DNA from: Octopus vulgaris
Lineage: Eukaryota
NCBI GenBank assembly: GCA_951406725.2
Contig: OX597814.1
Location: 108,252,001-108,316,000, forward strand
Length of the DNA stretch: 64,000 nt
Reading direction: 5' to 3'
Below, one piece after another: positions 51,588 to 63,720 of this stretch. The notes under the pieces were generated by a model. That model was given only the letters and a program-made list of their open reading frames with translations. It searched no databases and was not told the DNA's origin. The position numbers were made by a program, and so were the translations under genes. How positions within the stretch are numbered: the stretch's first letter is position 1; each line of letters begins with the position of its first letter.

Positions 51588-51707
51588 GATAAACTTTCCG
51601 CGTGTAGCTATGATTCCCATCATCTTTCAAGCAATGAATTTAACACTAAGGCCCACAGAGGTGACAGAAGATTTAGCAAGCTGGAGGGCTTGCACATTGC
51701 AGAAGAA
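51588..51707 (+). CDS. CFAP90: CFAP90-like coding exon 2: DKLSACSYDSHHLSSNEFNTKAHRGDRRFSKLEGLHIAEE
   Basis: CTGAC branch site, acceptor TTTTTTTCCCGTTCTATTCCAG|, 40 open codons in phase 0/0, donor GAA|GTAAGT; KAHRGDR...GLHIAEE matches the recalled CFAP90 motif KLHRDDR...GLHVNEE. Confidence 0.8.
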
Positions 51708-52639
51708 GTAAGTATTACATGCTGTTTCATTATCTGTCCTTTCCGTACTTGATGAAGGAAGAAGCCAAGAAACACACGTAGTGCCCTCTGAATGAGTTTA
51801 TTACAAAGGGAGGTAATTATCTCCTCACAATATGGAATTGGAAGTTTGATCTTGAAATGAAGCGATGTAGAGAGAACACACACACACACACACACACATT
51901 CAAATTCTTTTTTTTTAGTATTATTTAGAATGAAGTTCTTACAACTTCTAGTTAATGGTTATTGTGTAGAGCACTATTTCATCCTTTTTAGAAATCTTCA
52001 GCATGTTTTGGCCTGTAAATGTGTTAGATATATTAGAAAGAGAGACATGACAATGAAATAAATTATAGCCAAGAAAGTTTGATTATAATTACAATAATGA
52101 AGTGGGAAATAATAAATAATCACTTGATTGTCTAATTCTGGTCAAGAAATTCAGAGGAGACAACCTCTGGATATAAATTAATCGTCATTATTATCAACAT
52201 AAATACAATGTCAATGATAGGTTCAACAGTTTGCCAAGATTCAATGGGTCTGATTGCATCTGATCTGATCCTGTATCTGCTGGATGCCTTTCCTAATTAT
52301 CAAAATACAGTAGGATATTTTTAAATACACATCAAAGGTCCAAGAGAGTAAAACAGGAATGAAAAAGTTCCATAAGCAAAAAAATGGTTGAGACCCACTG
52401 CTCTTCAGGAAGAAATCTGTTTTGCTCTGACCCCTTCTCTCATACCTTAACCCTTCATCTCTCCTTGTATAAAACCACCTCTTTCGGGGTTTGTAATCTG
52501 GCAAACTAAATTGGTCGCTTGAAAAAAGCACTTACTACACTCTGTAAAGTGGTTTGGCATTAGGAAGGGTATAATATAATTCCTAATAATATTATTAGGA
52601 ATTGTTTAAAAAGATTAAAATATTTTGTCTATCATAGCT

Positions 52640-53270
52640 ATCATCATCGTCGTTGTTTAACGTCTGCTTTCCATGCTGGCATGGGTTGGACGGTTTTACT
52701 GAGGACTGGCAAACCAGAAGGCTGCTCCAGACTCCAATTTGATCCTAATGCTAACCACTCCAAGAGTGTAGTGGGTGCTTTTTATGTGCCACTGGCAGGA
52801 GGGCCAGTCAGGCAGTACTGGCATTGGCCACACTTGAATGGTGCTTTTTACGTGTTACTGGCACAGGAGCCAGTCAGGTGGCACTGGCAATGATCACGCT
52901 TGAATGGTGCTTTTTATGTGCCACCTGCACAGATGCCAATCAGGCGGTACTGTCATCGGCCATGACAACAACTTCATTTGCCTCAACAGGTCTTTGTAAG
53001 CGCAGTTTATTGCCCAATGATTGAAGGGTACTTTTAAATGGGCTGGTTATACAGCACTGGCATAGGCCATGGTTACAGTCTCACTTGGCTTGCTGGGTCT
53101 TCTCAAGCACAGCATATCTCCAAAGGTCTTGGTCACTTGTCATTGTCTTGGAGTGGCCCAATGTTCAAAGGTCATGCTTCACCACCATGTCTCAGGTCTT
53201 TCTGGGTCTACCTCTTCCACAGGTTCCCTCAACTGCTAGGGTGTGACATTTTTTCACACAGCTGTCCTCA
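52640..53270 (-). mobile_element. Family D RTE 3'UTR fragment
   Basis: Reverse complement of the D consensus. Confidence 0.8.
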
Positions 53271-53299
53271 TTGATTATGTGTATGTGTATAAGTGTGTG

Positions 53300-53760
53300 T
53301 GTGTGTATAGCCCACTAAAAAGTACCTTAGTCCACTCAAAAGCCCCTTGTATCGTAGGGCGACATGTCGTGTTTGAAGAGACCTATTGAGTCAAGTACAT
53401 CAACAGCAATATCAAAATCAAATCAAATGGAAATTGTAGTTGTGACCCCCGTGCTGATAGCGCATAAAAAGCACCATCCAAACATGGCCGATGCCAGTAC
53501 CACTTTGACTGGCCTTCATGCCAGTGGCACATAAAAAGCACCATGTGATTGTGGTTGATGCCAGCACTCTGGCCCCTGTGCCAGTAGCACGTAAAAAGCA
53601 CCTTCTACACTCTCGGAGTGGTTGAAGTTAGGAAAGGCATCCAGCTGTAGAAACACTGCCAAATCAGATTGCAGCCTCTTGGCTTCCCAGACCCCAGTCG
53701 AATCGTCCAACCCATGCCAGCATGGAAACTAGACGTTAAACGATGACGATGATGATGATG
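53300..53760 (+). mobile_element. Family D RTE 3'UTR fragment
   Basis: D consensus with a (GAT)n tail. Confidence 0.8.
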
Positions 53761-54171
53761 TATACAGATATATGAAGGGCTTCTTTCAGTTTCTGTCTAC
53801 TAAATCCACTCACAAGGCTTTGGTTGGCCTGAGGCTACAGTAGAGGAGAATTGCCCAAGGTGCCATGCAGTGGGACTTATCCTGGTTAGGGTGTTGCACT
53901 TAAAATTGTGAGATCATGGTTTCAATTCCTAGACCAGGTGGTGCATTGTGTTCTTGATCAAAACACTCCATCTCATGTTGCTCTGCCATCATTTTGATAC
54001 CTGATACATGGCACACCGTGCACCTGTTACATTTTGAGTTCAAATTCCACCAGGGTTGACTTTGCCCTTCATCCTTTTGGGGGTCAATAAAATAAGTACC
54101 AGTTGTGTACTGGGATCGATCTAATTGACTGGCCCCTTCCGCCAACATTTTGAGCCTTGTGCCTAGAGTAG

Positions 54172-54755
54172 AAATCAGGCAGGCAAGGCAGTTTTCCTTT
54201 GCCTGGTGGCTGTGGTGAAAGAGGTTGTCTGGTGGTCAAGGCTGAAAGGCATGAGGACAGATACGTTCCTCTTTGGTAGAGCTCTCATTGACTTCTTCAA
54301 GTTTCACTTGAAAAGGGAAATAAGAGTGGAGAGGGAAGTGCTGTCCTCGAGTGATTTTATTGAAAGGTGAGTGAAAGTTGTGGAAATGGGCAAGAATGGA
54401 TGGTACCTCTCTAAGTGCAGACCTGTGAGTCAGAGAGAAGGAATTGGAGAGGGCACTTGCTCCTAGGGGTTCATGGAAATCTCAGACAATGGGGCTCCTC
54501 GATTATCTTTAGAGGCATTCCTGTGTCAGGAGGGCCACATCTCTATCACCCTCCCCCACTTTTTCCTACCTATGTATGCTATGCATATGTCCCCTCTTTT
54601 CCAATGTATACCAAATATACTTTTTTTATCATTTCATTATTATATGGAAACCCCCATACTTTATGTCCATCTCTGTATTGTCTCCCTCATCCTTCACCCT
54701 TGTGGCAAATAAATGAAATCCTCATCGTCATCGTCGTCATCATCATCATCATCAT
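54172..54755 (+). mobile_element. Tx1/L1-like LINE 3' end
   Basis: VFLCLVAVVKEVVWWSR...FFKFHLKREIRVER...FIER resembles a Tx1-type ORF2 C-terminus; AATAAA and a (CAT)n tail follow. Confidence 0.55.
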
Positions 54756-55419
54756 AGTGAGCTGCTGTCATCTATCTTCTGGCATTTCTCTGTACACTTG
54801 TTTGGTGTGTAATAATTTTGACTGGTTATTTTTTCTTTATTTCTTCTTTGCATTTTACTTTTATCTTCTTCATCCTCGATGTTTTTTTTTCCCCCTTCTT
54901 CGTCTATGACTGACTGAATCTCTCTCCTCTTCCCCTCCCCATTACATACAGATCTAATAAAAGAGATAATCTATGTTAATCCACAATAAAACGGAGACAA
55001 AATTATTGATTTCCATTTTATGGTTCTACAAACCAAACATTTGAAGAACATAGAACTGGACATTCCTTCAATGAACAATCAGACATCTATAGACTTACCA
55101 TTTTATAGAATGGATGTCACTGACATTTTCTCATTGCGTCAAAGAACCAAACCAGAGACATTTGCATTCCGTTGTTTTGTGTATCTTGACCAGAATTAGC
55201 AGTGGAATTTTTCAGTGGGGGTAATGAAGGTTATTGTGTGTACGTGAGCTGGTACCTTGTTTTTCAGGCATAACCATGCTGTTAAGAAATTTGGCCTTTG
55301 GAACCATGAGGTCTCCATGTGGTCCCAGTTTGTTTATCTCTGCTGTGTAGTATTTTGGGTAAATGTCTTTTACAGTAGCCTTCAGTTGACCAATAAGAAA
55401 GTCAAATTTGTTGACTAAA

Positions 55420-55900
55420 TCAAATTCGATTACTGGCATCTGTACTAGTGGAGTGCTAAGAGCACCATCTGAGTGTGATTGTTGCCAGAGCAGTAAACTG
55501 GCTTCCATGCTGGTGGTACATAAAAAGCACCATTTGAGTGTGATTGTTACCAGCGTCACCTTACTGGCACTTGTGCCAGTGGCACATGAAAAAACATTTG
55601 AGCGAGGTCATTGCCAGTGCTGCTGGACTGGCTTCTGTGCAGGCGGCATGTAAAAAACACCATCTGAGCATGGCCATTGTCAGTACTGCCTGACTGCCCC
55701 TCGTGCCAGTGGCATGTAAAAGCACCCACTACACTCTTGGAGTGGTTGGCATTAGGAAGGGCATCCAGCTGTAGAAACTCTGCCAGATCAAGATTGGAGC
55801 CTGGTGCAGCCATCTGGTTTGCCAGCCCTCAGTCAACTCATTCAACCCATGCCAGCATGGAAAGCAGATGTTAAACGATGATGATGATGATGATGATGAG
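55420..55900 (+). mobile_element. Family D RTE 3'UTR fragment
   Basis: D repeats and tail. Confidence 0.8.
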
Positions 55901-57204
55901 AACAAATCTATCAACAGGATAATAAGGGAAAGGATTCCGGGTTGTAAGAAGTATATTGGTGGGGGGGGGGGGAAGCTGGTGAAATGTGCAGTTGTGTCCA
56001 CATATAATTACAGCAGCAGAAGAGTATAGTTAGAGAGATAATAGATTGTGAGGATGATTTAAGGAAGACCTTGGGTGGTGGGAGCCCAGTTCTGCATGGA
56101 TAAGTAGCTACAAGTTATCACTATTTATTTACTCTTGAGTTGTTGCTTGTAGTAATAAGCTGGAGGATTCCTAGGCAGCTTTTATACTTTTTAATGCTGT
56201 GGGCACCACTGCCGGATTGAATGGTACTGTCCAGGTGTCGAAACCATAGTGATATGTGTTTGGGCAGCTGATGATGGGAATACACATATGTTATGCTCGA
56301 TTGTGAATTTCTTATATTCTGAGTCTCATTATTCTGAGTTGTGGATTCATAGTTTATGGGGATCACTTACACTGGTAGTGTTTGGTTGGCTTTTTTACTT
56401 TCCACTGGCACAGGTATCACAACTACAATTTCCATTTGATATTTATTTTGATGTTGATGTACTTGACTCAATAGGTCTCCTCAAGCACAGCAGGTCACAT
56501 GCCACTGGCACAGAAGCCAGTCAAGGCAGTGCTGACATTGGCCACGTTCGGATATATATCACCACACATTCCTCCTCCATTATCATTATTTTTCCATCAC
56601 CTTCTATTCCTCACTACCAAATGCACACAGAACCACCCACATACTCCAATAAACCTTTTGATAAACATCCTTTGATTATATACTCATTGTTTCATTAGTG
56701 CCATATCACCTGAAGAAATGAATGCGTTAACTATGATCTACCTGATGTCCACCGATACCATGGACTGTACTGTAATCCTCCCAGAATATGGAATATGATT
56801 GTAAGAAACATGTGTAGTGATGCATTAAAATATTTATAAATTCTATCTTTCCATATTGCTATATTTATCCTACATTATACCAGCAGGACTCAATGTAACC
56901 CCATAAAACTACTGTTGCAAGTTGCTATCATTAGGCTACGGCTGACATAATAAAATAAGATCTTTTATGCTTAGTCAAAAGAGTTTCCCACAAAGGAACT
57001 TAAAGGATATATGTTATCTGCGAAAGGCTTCTTTTTTCTGTCGAGGGCTTATATGCCCCTTTATTAGACTATTTTCCTTAGTCATTGCACAGTGATCGCC
57101 ATAAGCTTTAAGCTTATATAAAAATACCATTATTATCATTTACAAGATTGTAAAAATGGTGCTGTATAAAAGGCCATTCACACTGAAAGCATATATGTTA
57201 TATA

Positions 57205-58100
57205 TGAGGTGGTATCAAAGAATTCCTGGATTAGTTATGTTTAATAAAAAATACCTTATTTACCTAAGTTTTAACATCATCACCTGTCCCAGGGTTCCTG
57301 ACGCTTTTGGAATCCGACCTTGAAGTCAATTTCCATAAGTGAATCAAAGTCCTTCTGTGATCCACTCTGGGTCTCAACAATGGTGTTAAAACAGCAACCT
57401 TTGAGCTGCATTTTCATCCTGGGAAAGAGATGGAAGTCTGCAGGTACTGAATCTGGTGAATAGGGCAGGTGTGAGACTATGTTGTTTTTGGTGAGAAACT
57501 TAATGAGTGGAGAGAGCTCAGTGACAAAATGCATTGTTGTTATGAAGAATTCAATTCTTCATGCTCCACAGATCCAGTCACTTTTACCAACTATCATTCC
57601 TCAAAGGCTTCAAAACTTTGCAGTAGAACTCTGGATTGATGGTCTGGCCCTGGGGGATGAATTCTTGATGTACAATACCAGGGATGTCAAAAAAAAAATG
57701 ATGAGCATGCTCTTGATTGAGCTGTGACTCTGTTGTGCCTTCTTTGGTTGTGGAGATGGAGGGCTCATCCATTGTGATGACTGATGCTTCATCTCAGGGT
57801 CATACCTATAGACCCAACTCTCATCACCAGTGATGATCTTTGACATGAAGAATGGGTCATCAGTGGCATGCTGATGGAGATCTTGAAAGACTTCAATGCG
57901 ATGTTCTTTCTGCTCAGTGGTCAGCAGGTGGGGGACAAAGTTGGCAGACACACACTGCTTGTTCAATCTAGATGTTAGGATTTCCTGCATAGACCTATAC
58001 CACAGACCAACAACGTCAGCAATGTCATTGACTGTCCTCTGATGATCCTCATGCAGAAGCTGGTGAATTTTCTCCATCCCATGTCTTCTTGGTTCTCCTT
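57205..58100 (-). pseudogene. Decayed, 5'-truncated mariner (DD34D) transposon
   Basis: FVPHLL, IITGDESWVY, GIVHQEFIPQGQTIN and PYSPDSVPADFHLF motifs with frameshifts; TIR-like TA|TGAGGTGGTATCAAAGAATTCC at 57205. Confidence 0.9.
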
Positions 58101-58874
58101 TCACAATTTCCATCCACATCAAGATGCTTGGTACTTCTTTACACAGCTGTCCTCATCCATACCAGCACAACCTTCTTTCTCACTACATCCAGTTCCTCTA
58201 ATGCCCAGATTTTCTCTCAGCACATTTGTACTTTGTCATGTTGCACATCCAACAGAGCTTGCTCGCTTCATTTCTTTCCAGTCTTCTCAGTTCCTCTGCA
58301 CCCAAGGCCCATGTTTCACTACTTATAACATTGCAGTTGTAACACAAACATCTGAGTGTGTGAGGACGCATGGCTTAGTAGTTGGGGTATTGCACTAACA
58401 ATTGGGAGATTGTGGTTTCAATTCCTCAACCAGGTAGTGCGTTGTGTTCTTGAGCAAAACACTTCATCTCTCGTTGCTCTGCGATCACTTTCGCACCTGA
58501 CGTGTGGCACAATGTGCACCTGTTCAGACAACGTTGATTTGATGCAGGGAGTGAGCTGATGTTGGCACATAGGTTTCATCTCTAATAAGCAAATGATATG
58601 TGCAGGATGAGAGTTCAACCCAGTTGCTTTCAAAGCCACAAGACATTTTGAGTCTCGAGAGTTCCTGGTGTTTGTAAATATGTGCTCGAGCTGTCGATGC
58701 ACTCAGCCAAGTGTGTGCATCTAAAGAATTTCAGAATCTTTAGTACGTACGTACGTACGCATTATTAAACCTTCCTGAAACTCCCTAAATAAATATAATA
58801 AAATAATTTTCTTTCCAATTATTTACTGACAATTTAAACGTCATTCAACAAAACTAGAGTAAGTTACCTCCCCT

Positions 58875-58982
58875 TTATATGTTCAATAGGACAGGTGAGG
58901 ACGAAAGAGAATTCCAGGGCATATCTTCAGATTGGTGCCCCACGGTTTTCTTTCTTCTTGGCAAAGTACATCTCCGAAATTT
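58875..58982 (-). CDS. Uncharacterised 118-aa protein, exon 3: KFRRCTLPRRKKTVGHQSEDMPWNSLSSSPVLLNI*
   Basis: Acceptor CATTTTTCAG|, phase 0, open to TAA at 58877-58875. Confidence 0.6.
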   Translation of the reverse strand, partial: KFRRCTLPRRKKTVGHQSEDMPWNSLSSSPVLLNI

Positions 58983-59069
58983 CTGAAAAAATGTTTTGTT
59001 TTTTTTTTTCTGAAATTTTCATGAAATTTTTTCCGAGATACGCTTTCGAGAGAGTAGATTACAATTACG

Positions 59070-59236
59070 TTGGAGTGGCTAAATGGTAAGTAGCTTGTTT
59101 ACGAACCACATTGTTCCGGGTTCAGTTCCACTGCGTGGCACCTTGGGCAAGTGTCTTCTACTATAGCCTCGGGTCGACCAAAGCCTTGTGAGTGGATCTG
59201 GTAGGCGGAAACTGAAAGACACCCGTCGTATATGTG

Positions 59237-59285
<49 letters not shown>

Positions 59286-59513
59286 ATGTGTGTGTATATG
59301 TTTATGTGTCTGTTTGTCCCCCCCCCCCCCAACATCGCTTGACAGCCGATGCTGGTGTGTTTACGTCCCTGTAACTTAGCGGTTCGGCAAAAGAGACTGA
59401 TAGAATTAGTACTAGGCTTACAAAAAATAAATCCTGGGGTCGATTTGCTCGACTAAAGGCGGTGCTCCAGCATGGCCACAGTCAAATGACTGAAGCAAGT
59501 AAAAGAGTAAGAG
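59070..59513 (+). mobile_element. Family A SINE, filling most of intron 2 of the minus-strand gene
   Basis: Full length, CpGs largely intact. Confidence 0.9.
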
Positions 59514-59546
59514 TATATATGAAAAAAAAAATGGAGGTGTTTGGAC

Positions 59547-59662
59547 CTTCCAATCCTCCACAAATTTGTTTGCACCATTTTCCGTAACTTTTGCAAGATT
59601 TTCTTTTTCTTTTTGTATGCTTGAAATATCATTGTGCAATCTATATACTTGAACACTTATAT
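59547..59662 (-). CDS. Uncharacterised 118-aa protein, exon 2: (D)ISVQVYRLHNDISSIQKEKENLAKVTENGANKFVEDWK
   Basis: Acceptor CATTTTACAG| in phase 1, matching exon 1; open frame; weak donor AAG|GTCCAA. Confidence 0.62.
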
Positions 59663-60105
59663 CTGTAAAATGTACACACACTCACACATATGTGTGTGTA
59701 TATGTATATATATATATATATATATACACGTACATACATGTGTATATATGTTTGTATGTATGTCAAAATCAGCTAGAGAATTGAAAACCAGTGATTTACA
59801 AATGAAGTCCCTTGATATATTTGTTCTGTAACAAACTACATACACTCCCTTGCTGCTCAGAATCACAAGCGTGGAATAAACTGCCTGCATCAGTTGTTGA
59901 CTGCCATGACACTGCATCCTTTAAGGCCCTCATGCTTCCCGAAATCCGTCGAAACTACACCTGATTATATATACACTTTAGATGAGTTGTAGTGCACCTG
60001 AGCACTGTACACAATTATTATTATTATTATTATTATTAAAACAAAATATACTGATTTTCACTTGATATTTCTAACAGTTTTGAGTCGAAGATTATATATA
60101 TATAT

Positions 60106-61837
60106 AAAGTTTAGAGAGCTCTTACCCCTGCTGGTGACAAAAGGCCTCTCGCTAAGAGTAAAAGGCAGACTATATGATGCGTGTGTACGTACAGCCATGC
60201 TACATGGTAGTGAAACATGGGCCGTGACTGCTGAGGATATGCGTAAGCTCGCAAGAAATGAAGCCAGTATGCTCCGATGGATGTGTAATGTCAGTGTTCA
60301 TAATCGTCAGAGTGTAGGTACTTTGAGAGAAAAGTTGAACCTAAGAAGTGTCAGTTGTGGTGTGCAAGAGAGACGGCTGCGCTGGTATGGTCATGTGACG
60401 AGAATGGCTGAAGATAGTTGTGTGCAAAAGTGCTACACCCTAGCAGTTGAGGGAACCTGTGGAAGAGGTAGACCCAGGAAAACCTGGGACGAGGTGGTGA
60501 AGCACGACCTTCGAACTTTAGGTCTCACCAAGGAAATGACTGAAGACCGAGTCCTATGGAAGTGTGCTGTGCATGAGAGGACCCGGCAGGACTAGTCAGG
60601 CCATATCCCGTGGCCCCTACCTGGGACGTAGTCGATCCACCTGTGCATACCTTCCTTCTTGTGACACTTGTGAAGACCTGCTGAGGCAAGTGAAAATCAA
60701 TCAAAACAAATCAAAATAGATGAACATCAATGAAATCTGTATCTTTGTGGTACCAGTGCCGGTGGCACACACTTTGTGGTACCAGTGCCGGTGGCACACA
60801 AGAAAACCATCCGAACGTTGCCGTAGCCAGTTCCGCATCGACCGACCTCCGTGCTGTGGGCACGTAACAAACACCATCCGATCATGGCCGTTTGCCAGCC
60901 TCATCTGGCACCTGTGTCGGTGGCACATAAAAACACCTTCCGAAGACCCGGCAAGACTAGTCAGTCCACCTGTGCATACCTTCCTTCTTGTGACACTTGT
61001 GAAGACCTGTTGAGGCAAGTGAAAATCAAATCAAAATAGATGAACATTAATGGAATTGTATCTTTGTGGTACCAGTGCCGGTGGCACACAAGAAAACCAT
61101 CCGAACGTGGCCGTAGCCAGTACCGCACCGACTGGCCTCCGTGCTGTGGGCACGTAACAAACACCATCCGATCGTGGCCGTTCGCCAGCCTCATCTGGCA
61201 CCTGTGTCGGTGGCACATAAAAACACCATCCGAAGACCCGGCAAGACTAGTCAGGCCATAACCTGTGGCCCCTACCTGGGACGTAGTCGATCCACCTGTG
61301 CATACCTTCCTTCTTGTGACACTTGTGAAGACCTGTTGAGGCAAGTGAAAATCAAAACAAATCAAAATAGATGAACATCAATGGAATTTGTATCTTTGTG
61401 GTACCAGTGCCGGTGGCACGTGGCACACAAGAAAACCATCCGAACGTGGCCGTAGCCAGTACCGCATTGACTGGCCTCCGTGCTGTGGGCACGTAACAAA
61501 CACCATCCGATCGTGGCCGTTTGCCAGCCTCATCTGGCACCTGTGTCGGTGGCACATAAAAACACCATCCGAGCGTGGCTGTCTGCCACCTGTGTCGGTG
61601 GCACATAAAAAACACCATCCGAGCGTGGCCGTTTGCCAGCCTTGTCTGGCACCTGTGTCGGTGGCACATAAAATCACCCACTACACTCACGGAGTGGTTG
61701 GCGTTAGGAAGGGCATCCAGCTGTAGAAACACTGCCAGATCTGACTGGACTGGTGCAGCTTTCGGGCTCCCCAGACCCCAGTTGAACCGTCCAACCCATG
61801 CTAGCATGGAAAGCGGACGTTAAATGATGATAATGAT
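60106..61837 (+). mobile_element. Young 5'-truncated RTE-clade LINE: intact ORF C-terminus (to 60595) plus an internally triplicated 3'UTR
   Basis: MLHGSETW, RRLRWYGHV and GRGRPRKTW motifs; begins right after a (TA)n run; ends GGAAAGCGGACGTTAAAT(GAT)n. Confidence 0.92.
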
Positions 61838-62238
61838 GTGTATGTATGTATACAGGATGAAGACACTAATATATATATATATATATATATATATAGATAG
61901 ATAGATATATGTATATATAAGTATGTATGTATATATATGTATATATATTATATATATATATATATATACATGTATGTATATATATGTGTATATATATATA
62001 TATATACACACACATGCACATGCATATATATATATATATATATACACATATATATATATATATACATACATTCACATACATACAGTACATTTAAACATAG
62101 CTATTGAAATATATAAAGCTATTTAAGTGCATCCACACTTAACAGTCTGCATCTCCATCTTCCTCTTCAGAATATCAGTCTATTGGAGACAGTCCTGAGA
62201 TGTGCAACCAGACAATAATACTCTGTCAGTCACCTTAC

Positions 62239-62371
62239 CATATTTTAAATGTCTTGCTTTTCTGGGTATCAATAATGTAGCTGACTTGTTAAAATGCACA
62301 AGATCATCCACCGTTTTCCCAACAACCTTGGCCACCTGTTTCACTTCAATCTCTCTTCCAATTGCAGACAT
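62239..62371 (-). CDS. Uncharacterised 118-aa protein, exon 1: MSAIGREIEVKQVAKVVGKTVDDLVHFNKSATLLIPRKARHLKY
   Basis: First ATG after in-frame stops, 44 codons plus 1 nt, donor TATG|GTAAGG. Confidence 0.62.
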
Positions 62372-62482
62372 AATAATAATAGAAATAAAACCGTGCTGCA
62401 CTCATCACTTTCAGAAACATTTCATTTTTTTCATGTTTGGAATTGTCAAATTATGGAATAAATAACTCATACCAGTTCTTAA

Positions 62483-62933
62483 CCCTTTCATTACTGTATT
62501 TCTGTTGAGAAGCTCTGTGTTTCTTAATTTTAAATATAACAAAGAATTTAGTAAAATAAGCTAGTGTTAGGAACATAAATTGTGACTAAGGTTTGGTGGA
62601 AGATTTTAATTCAGAACATATGAAAACAAGATATTTGTACTACAGAGCCAGAGCTAGTTTTGGGCAGATTGGTATTGAAAGGGTTAAGAATCGTTTCTCT
62701 ATTGTATATCTTAACTCTTTTGTTACCATATTTCTGTTGAGAAGCTCTGTGTTTCCTTCAATTAATTTTTAATATAACAAAGAATTTAGTAAAATAACTT
62801 CGTTATCATTAAGCTACTGTTAGGAATATAAATTGTGACTAAAGTTTGGTGGAAGATTTTAATTCAGAACTTATGAACACAAGACATTTGTACAGAACCA
62901 GAGCTGGTTTCAGCCAGGTTGGTAACAAAAGGG
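62483..62933. mobile_element. Two adjacent piggyBac-type MITEs (62483-62683 and 62715-62933)
   Basis: TTAA flanks (the last one is TTAT) and CCCTTT/AAAGGG-type termini; same family as 21584-21805. Confidence 0.8.
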
Positions 62934-63219
62934 TTATTCTGTCAAAAATTCCATGTTTCCCCAAATTCACCAACATTACTCCTACCATGCCTGTCCATCC
63001 TTTCATCTTTTAAGACTCTTTTAATGTTCACTTTTCTGTATTTCTATATTTTTTCTGTGTTTTATATATGCCTTTTAGTTTTTGTTAATGTCTTTCTTTA
63101 CTTATATGTCTGCTTTTTGTCCCCTATTTTAACTTTTTTTGAGGACTTGCACCTGAGCACTGGATACAATAAACTCATTATTATTATTATTATTTATTAA
63201 GACCTCTGGAGAAATGCTG

Positions 63220-63720
63220 TGACTGAGAAGACCTAGCAAATAAAGTGAGTTCACAGCTGGAACCTACACCAGTGTTGCATAACCAGCCCTCTCAAAAAGT
63301 ACCTTGGATCGAAGGGCGACATGCTGTGCTTGAGGAGACCTGTTCCGACAGGTACATCAAAATCAAAATCAAATGGAAATTGTAGTTGTGGTCCCTGTGT
63401 TGGTGGCACATAAAAAGCACCATCCAAACGTGGCTGATGTCAGTGCTGCCTTGACTGGCTCCCATGCCGGTGGCATGTAAAAAGCACCGTTTGATCATGG
63501 TCTATACCATCCCCCTCTGGCCCCTGTGCTGGTGGTGCGTAAAAGCACCCACTATACTCTTGGAGTGGTTGGCGTTAGGAAGGGCATCCAGCTGTAAAAA
63601 CTCTGCTAAATCAAGATTGGAGCCTGGTGCAGCCACCTGGCTTCCCAGACCCCAGTAGAACCATCCAACCCATGCCAGCATTGAAAACGGATGTTAAACA
63701 ATGATGATGATGATGATAGT
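63220..63720 (+). mobile_element. Family D RTE 3'UTR fragment, followed by family B SINEs up to the window end
   Basis: D consensus; B core at ~63722-63930. Confidence 0.8.

Noticed and set aside
54950-55220. Possible CFAP90 exon 3, or a minus-strand ATG|GTAAGT exon at 55101-55099
   Set aside because: Phase 0 after the acceptor hits a stop at once and no SS.YG motif is present; the minus donor has no supporting partner.
62171-62218. Strong + strand acceptor at 62170 as CFAP90 exon 3
   Set aside because: It gives NISLLETVLRCATRQ*, with no resemblance to the CFAP90 C-terminus.
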